The notes under the pieces: model-generated
Seen by the model: only the letters and a program-made list of their open reading frames with translations
Databases searched by the model: none
Told to the model about the DNA's origin: nothing
Program-made: the position numbers and the translations under genes
In this document: positions 16,957 to 20,962 of the stretch, in pieces
Position numbering within the stretch: position 1 is the first letter of the stretch
How the letters are laid out: each line of letters begins with the position of its first letter
Source of the DNA: Promethearchaeota archaeon
Lineage (GTDB): Archaea; Asgardarchaeota; Lokiarchaeia; Sigyniarchaeales; SOKP01
Assembly (NCBI GenBank): GCA_011364975.1
Contig: RDOE01000055.1
Coordinates: 1-20,962, forward strand
Length of the DNA stretch: 20,962 nucleotides
Direction of reading: 5' to 3'

Positions 16957-17084
16957 ATTATATCTTTAGCTCTTTTTCACGAAAATTTCTTAATTAAATC
17001 TTAAACTTAATATAATTTTAATATTTCGAATAGTTATAATTTTTGTAAATTATATATTAAAGAGCAAGTATATAGGTTTTAGAC

Positions 17085-17630
17085 TTAAATTTTTGAAAGA
17101 TCCCTCGAGATCATTTTTCGGCGGTAAGAGGGTTCCTTTTTGCTTATTGTTCGGCAAGCTTTCACAGTAAGTGCTGACACTTTTGATGCACGCTTTTGGT
17201 ATTGTTCTTCTGTCAACTCTATGAATCCTAAACAATCATAAAAACAAAATTCTACGCATATGGGGTTACCACCACATAAATCACATTTCACAATACCTAC
17301 ATCCTTAATATATTCTATTGCACCAAATGGGCAAGCAACAACACAGTGATGGCATGCAATACATTTTTCCTTGTCAATCTCTATAATTTTATCACCCTGA
17401 GCGTTTACTGATTTAAATATTGCATCAGCTGAACAGACTTTTAAACATAAAGGATCTTTACAATGCACACATACAAGAGGATTAGACCAGCCCTTTAATC
17501 CATCAGTCACAACTTTAATTCTTGAACGCATAGGAATAAATTGTCCTTCTTTAGCACTTGAACATGCTAATTCACATAAATGGCATCCCGTACAATTTTC
17601 CGCCTTAATGACTAGAACTCTTGAATTCAT
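17085..17630 (-). CDS. 4Fe-4S multi-cluster ferredoxin-type subunit (DmsB/HydN-like), AOR-associated
   Basis: CTGCHLCELAC, CVHCKDPLCLKVC, CIACHHCVVACP, KCDLCGGNPICVEFC. Confidence 0.93.
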   Translation of the reverse strand: MNSRVLVIKAENCTGCHLCELACSSAKEGQFIPMRSRIKVVTDGLKGWSNPLVCVHCKDPLCLKVCSADAIFKSVNAQGDKIIEIDKEKCIACHHCVVACPFGAIEYIKDVGIVKCDLCGGNPICVEFCFYDCLGFIELTEEQYQKRASKVSALTVKACRTISKKEPSYRRKMISRDLSKI

Positions 17631-17637
17631 ACGATTT

Positions 17638-17925
17638 TTAACCCCCTGTAATTTGAATCGTTATAATTAACTCGTCTCCATCACTTAAAATAGTTTGATA
17701 CTTATCCGGTAATGAAACCACATTAGTCCCATTAAGTAAAACTGAAAATTCTTTCTTCAGATTACCATCTTTAAATAAGATGTCAGCTAAAGAGCTATTT
17801 TGTCTATCTATCACCCTAAATAATACTTGGTGTATGGTGAACTGATTTCCTTCAACATATTCAAAATTATTGGGGAAATCTTGGTTAGAAACTCCAATTA
17901 ATTGAATTTTAACTTTTATAATCAA
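17638..17925 (-). CDS. moaD: MoaD/ThiS/SAMP-family ubiquitin-like sulfur carrier
   Basis: VLLNGTNV...TILSDGDELII...TGG with C-terminal diglycine; AGGTGA SD; TTG start 15 nt after the aor stop. Confidence 0.85.
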   Translation of the reverse strand: MIIKVKIQLIGVSNQDFPNNFEYVEGNQFTIHQVLFRVIDRQNSSLADILFKDGNLKKEFSVLLNGTNVVSLPDKYQTILSDGDELIITIQITGG

Positions 17926-17940
17926 AATTCACCTTTAATC

Positions 17941-19773
17941 TTATATAATTATTTTGGGGTCATTATCATAACCATAATTCATAATAGTTTCCTTAGTAGG
18001 GATACCTTCTTCATCCCAACCACGACATGTGTAATATTCAGCCCGCATTTTTAAGAAATTATCCGTTCCTATAATTTTTTCTTTAGGTGGACCATCTGGA
18101 AGACGTTCTTCTAAAATTCTTTGTGGTAGGTAATCATCTTTAGAACTCAATCCCTCACGAATATTAATCCTACGAATAAGAGTTTCGATAGCTTCACTTC
18201 GTTCTATAAGGTCTCTTCCACTATAATTTGATCCCACCACAATATTCACATAATTCGCCCAACTATCTTCATTTAAATTAATTCTTGGACCAATCATATC
18301 ACAAACTATAAGAGAATGCATTATACTACGATGATTCATTAAATCGCGCACAATTTCTGCTTTCCCCTCAACTTTAAAAGGATTTAAGCCACCTAATAAT
18401 TCTACGGAAGGAGGCCACGCTCTTCGATGGCAACCGCCTCTTGGGGTAATTGAATATGTAATTGCAGACCCCCAACCTGCACGGGGATCATATGCGGGTA
18501 ATTCCAACCCTTTCACATGCATTGCATATTCTTCAGTATTCTTTTTAAGCTCCCGAGCCATGATTTTAACTCCTTTAGCACAAAAAGCTCCAAACTCCTT
18601 TTTATGAGCTATAAGTTCAAGTAATTCCATAATTACAGGATAATTCCCAAAATTAAGTTTTAAACCATAAGTATCTTCCTCAGTTAAAATTCCTCTTTCA
18701 TAGCACTCCATTACAAATCCAATTACTACACCGGTAGAGATCGTATCCATCCCCAAATCATCGCAGAGATAATTTGCTTTCATAATTGCTGGTAGATAAT
18801 CTATTTCTAAATTAGACCCAAGCATGGCAAGAGTTTCATATTCTGGGCCTTCCAGAATTAAGTCCTTATAGATTCCATCCTTAATTCGTGTCATATTTGA
18901 GCAGCCCGCGAAACAAGCAAAACACGCTCTATCTCCAATTTTGACACCTATAACCGCATCCTTGTCAATATTGCCCGTAGCTTTTGGAAATTGACCCTTA
19001 GAAAAGTTTCGAGTAGGAAGCATGCCAGCGGCATTAGTAATACTCAATGTCATTGGCGTCATATGTCGGAATTTAACTCTTTTTTGATGGTCTAGAACAA
19101 GCTGAGTAAGAGTCGCCATTTCCGAGCACTTAATTCCCCCAGAACCTTTAACAGCTATCGCTTTAAGGCTCTTGGAACCCATTACAGCACCAGCACCTCC
19201 TCTACCAGCTTTTCTAAAATATTCACTTCCAACACATGCAAATGGGATAAGATTCTCTCCTGCAGGCCCAATAGATAAACTACCACATTCAGATTCAAAC
19301 CTTTCCCGAATAATTGTTTCTGTTTCAAAAGCACCTTTACCCCATAAATCCTTTGCATCTGAAAATTCAATATCATCATCATAGATAAATAAATTAATCG
19401 GAGCTTTAGCTTTTCCAGTAATAATTAGAGCATCGTATCCAGCGTATTTAAGCTCTGAAGCAATTCTTCCACTTGAGTAAGATTCTAACCAAGCACCGCT
19501 TGCAGGTGATTTTGTTACTATCAGATGTTTACCCGCGGTAGGTGCAATCGTTCCACTCAAGGGCCCTGTGAGAATCATAAAAACATTATTTGGGTCAAGT
19601 GGTCCTGTGTCGGGAGGTACTAAATCCCAATAAAGCTTTGCTCCAAGACCTCTGCCACCAATATACTTATTTAAGACATTTTCTGGCCACTTTATTATTT
19701 TATATGTTTCTTGACTTAGGTTTATATATAAAAACTGTCCTTTATATCCATAGACCATATTCTCAGCATTCAT
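17941..19773 (-). CDS. aor: Tungsten-containing aldehyde:ferredoxin oxidoreductase family protein
   Basis: YIGGRGLG, KSPASG, ELKYAGYD, IGPAGEN, GRGGAGAVMGSKSLKAI, CFACFAGC, GPEYET, DDLGMD, VKGLELPAYDPR, RGGCH, IVCD, RGWDEEGIP. Confidence 0.96.
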   Translation of the reverse strand: MNAENMVYGYKGQFLYINLSQETYKIIKWPENVLNKYIGGRGLGAKLYWDLVPPDTGPLDPNNVFMILTGPLSGTIAPTAGKHLIVTKSPASGAWLESYSSGRIASELKYAGYDALIITGKAKAPINLFIYDDDIEFSDAKDLWGKGAFETETIIRERFESECGSLSIGPAGENLIPFACVGSEYFRKAGRGGAGAVMGSKSLKAIAVKGSGGIKCSEMATLTQLVLDHQKRVKFRHMTPMTLSITNAAGMLPTRNFSKGQFPKATGNIDKDAVIGVKIGDRACFACFAGCSNMTRIKDGIYKDLILEGPEYETLAMLGSNLEIDYLPAIMKANYLCDDLGMDTISTGVVIGFVMECYERGILTEEDTYGLKLNFGNYPVIMELLELIAHKKEFGAFCAKGVKIMARELKKNTEEYAMHVKGLELPAYDPRAGWGSAITYSITPRGGCHRRAWPPSVELLGGLNPFKVEGKAEIVRDLMNHRSIMHSLIVCDMIGPRINLNEDSWANYVNIVVGSNYSGRDLIERSEAIETLIRRINIREGLSSKDDYLPQRILEERLPDGPPKEKIIGTDNFLKMRAEYYTCRGWDEEGIPTKETIMNYGYDNDPKIII

Positions 19774-19803
19774 CGTCTTTTAAATTATATTTATTTTATT
19801 CCC

Positions 19804-19822
19804 TTATAAAAATACTTTTTAT
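19804..19822 (-). promoter_or_regulatory. Candidate BRE-TATA of the aor-moaD-ferredoxin operon
   Basis: Minus strand ATAAAAAGTATTTTTATAA, about 30 nt upstream of ATG 19773, consistent with a near-leaderless transcript. Confidence 0.45.
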
Positions 19823-20292
19823 GTCTGTTTTTCTTCTGTTCATAATCTTAAAGTTCTTTTAATTCAAATAAGAAGGGTTATAAGAACTTTAACTTAATCC
19901 TAATTTACAATATAAAAACTACAATATCTAGTTTGAATATATAGAAATGAACTTTTCTTTTTTTAGATAAGCAAATCATGTAGCATAAACTAAAGTGTAA
20001 TTTATATTGATAGAATAATTCTTATTAAGCTTAATATGATAGATGATGAGCCACTTACCTAATTTCCTCCCATTAGTAAAAGTTCTGATAAAAATTTTCA
20101 TGCTAATCAAAATAAGGGAATTATCTTCTCTTTTTCTCATTAATATTGCTGGGGATATTACCCAAAGGCAAAAATTATTATAATGAATAAAAGAGACCAA
20201 AAGCCATTACATGCAAGGGTAAAAGGCCTTTTGATTGATAATTTTTTCAAGAATTTCCTTCTAAATTAAAGGAGGAGGTTGTTAGACTTTAA

Positions 20293-20805
20293 TCACGTCC
20301 TATTTAAAATTAATTTTGTAAGAATTTTAAACGCTTTTTCTACATTTTCACCCGTTTTACTTGAACATTCAAGAAATAAATCTAATCCCATCGATTTAGC
20401 AGTTTGGATTCCCTCATCATATGAAACTTTTCTAAATGAATCTAAATCTGCCTTACTTCCTAATAATAAAATAGGGAATTTATATCTGCCTCCATTTACA
20501 ACTGACAACCATTCATTAATGTGAGTGAATGATGATTCATCTGTTACATCATACATTAAAATTCCTCCCTTTGCTCCAGCAATATAATGTGGGAATATGA
20601 ATCGAAATCGTTCCTCCCCAGCAAAATCCCATATTAATAGTTTTATCCTCATTCCGTCAATAGTTAGGCATTTTGTTTCAAAATCAACACCCACGGTCAT
20701 AGTTGTATTTGACACAAATGAATTGGTCATAAAACGCTTTGCTAATGTCGTTTTACCTGAACCCGCATCACCAAATATAACTACTTTAAATGTAGCACTA
20801 TACAT
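20293..20805 (-). CDS. Rab-like small GTPase, close paralogue of 14548..15063
   Basis: GDAGSGKT, TVGVDF, WDFAGEERF, GSKAD, CSSK; 117/170 identical to the 14548..15063 protein by ungapped manual alignment. Confidence 0.95.
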   Translation of the reverse strand: MYSATFKVVIFGDAGSGKTTLAKRFMTNSFVSNTTMTVGVDFETKCLTIDGMRIKLLIWDFAGEERFRFIFPHYIAGAKGGILMYDVTDESSFTHINEWLSVVNGGRYKFPILLLGSKADLDSFRKVSYDEGIQTAKSMGLDLFLECSSKTGENVEKAFKILTKLILNRT

Positions 20806-20895
20806 TTGACCCTAACCTGATAGAGTTTAAATTATGTTATTCAATTATCAGAATTTGTATTCTCTCGAGCCCGAAGATTATGTTAATGGTTATAA

Positions 20896-20959
20896 GAGCT
20901 ACCAAAATAACTTTTTTTGGTACTCTTTTCTATTTTTACGACGCCATTTTTGTATGAAA
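20896..20959 (-). promoter_or_regulatory. Conserved leader element, copy 2 (GAG-C-TACCAAAA...TTTTGGTA-CTC dyad plus ACGCC block)
   Basis: Same order and motifs as 15153-15217; the ACGCC block begins 136 nt from the start codon in both copies. Confidence 0.65.
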
Positions 20960-20962
20960 TGT

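Noticed and set aside
17638-17925. Treating the C-terminal GG protein as true ubiquitin acting with the RING protein
   Set aside because: Sequence and aor-operon context fit MoaD/ThiS/SAMP; it lacks the ubiquitin LRxRGG-type tail.
17050-19862. ORFs 17050..17235, 19172..19384, 19182..19382 and 19590..19862
   Set aside because: Alternative-frame or antisense overlaps of the ferredoxin and aor genes.
19976-20809. ORFs 19976..20200, 20279..20524 and 20597..20809
   Set aside because: The first has no motif or SD support; the others are antisense to the Rab-like gene.
1-20962. Selenocysteine/pyrrolysine recoding, mobile elements, rRNA/tRNA
   Set aside because: No gene appears truncated at an in-frame TGA/TAG in a conserved position; no transposase, integrase, terminal repeats or GC-rich structured RNA seen.

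Overview
AT-rich, gene-dense archaeal window with GAGGT/GGTGA-type Shine-Dalgarno sites, BRE/TATA promoters, U-tract terminators and many TTG/GTG starts. It is very probably from an Asgard archaeon (Lokiarchaeia-like; inferred from gene content). It carries four tail-less Rab-like small GTPase paralogues, one of them a pseudo-GTPase degenerate in every G-box. It also carries a stand-alone longin-like protein and a zinc-ribbon plus C4HC3 RING protein. These are mixed with metabolic genes: a crotonase, SAM methyltransferases, EamA and MFS transporters, a TIM-barrel protein, an LVIVD-repeat protein, an acetoacetate decarboxylase-like gene and a tungsten AOR-MoaD-ferredoxin operon that splits the GTPase cluster. 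There is also an orphan, circularly permuted amino-DNA methyltransferase. Found beyond the ORF track: (1) an unannotated 31-aa Lys/Ala/Pro-only histone-H1-tail-like microprotein gene with its own SD and terminator (5491-5586, minus); (2) a conserved two-part non-coding leader element shared by two Rab paralogues, with one block exactly 136 nt upstream of both start codons; (3) a hypothetical protein with a PB1-like pattern; (4) a decayed TPR remnant. No rRNA, tRNA, CRISPR array or transposase was seen.
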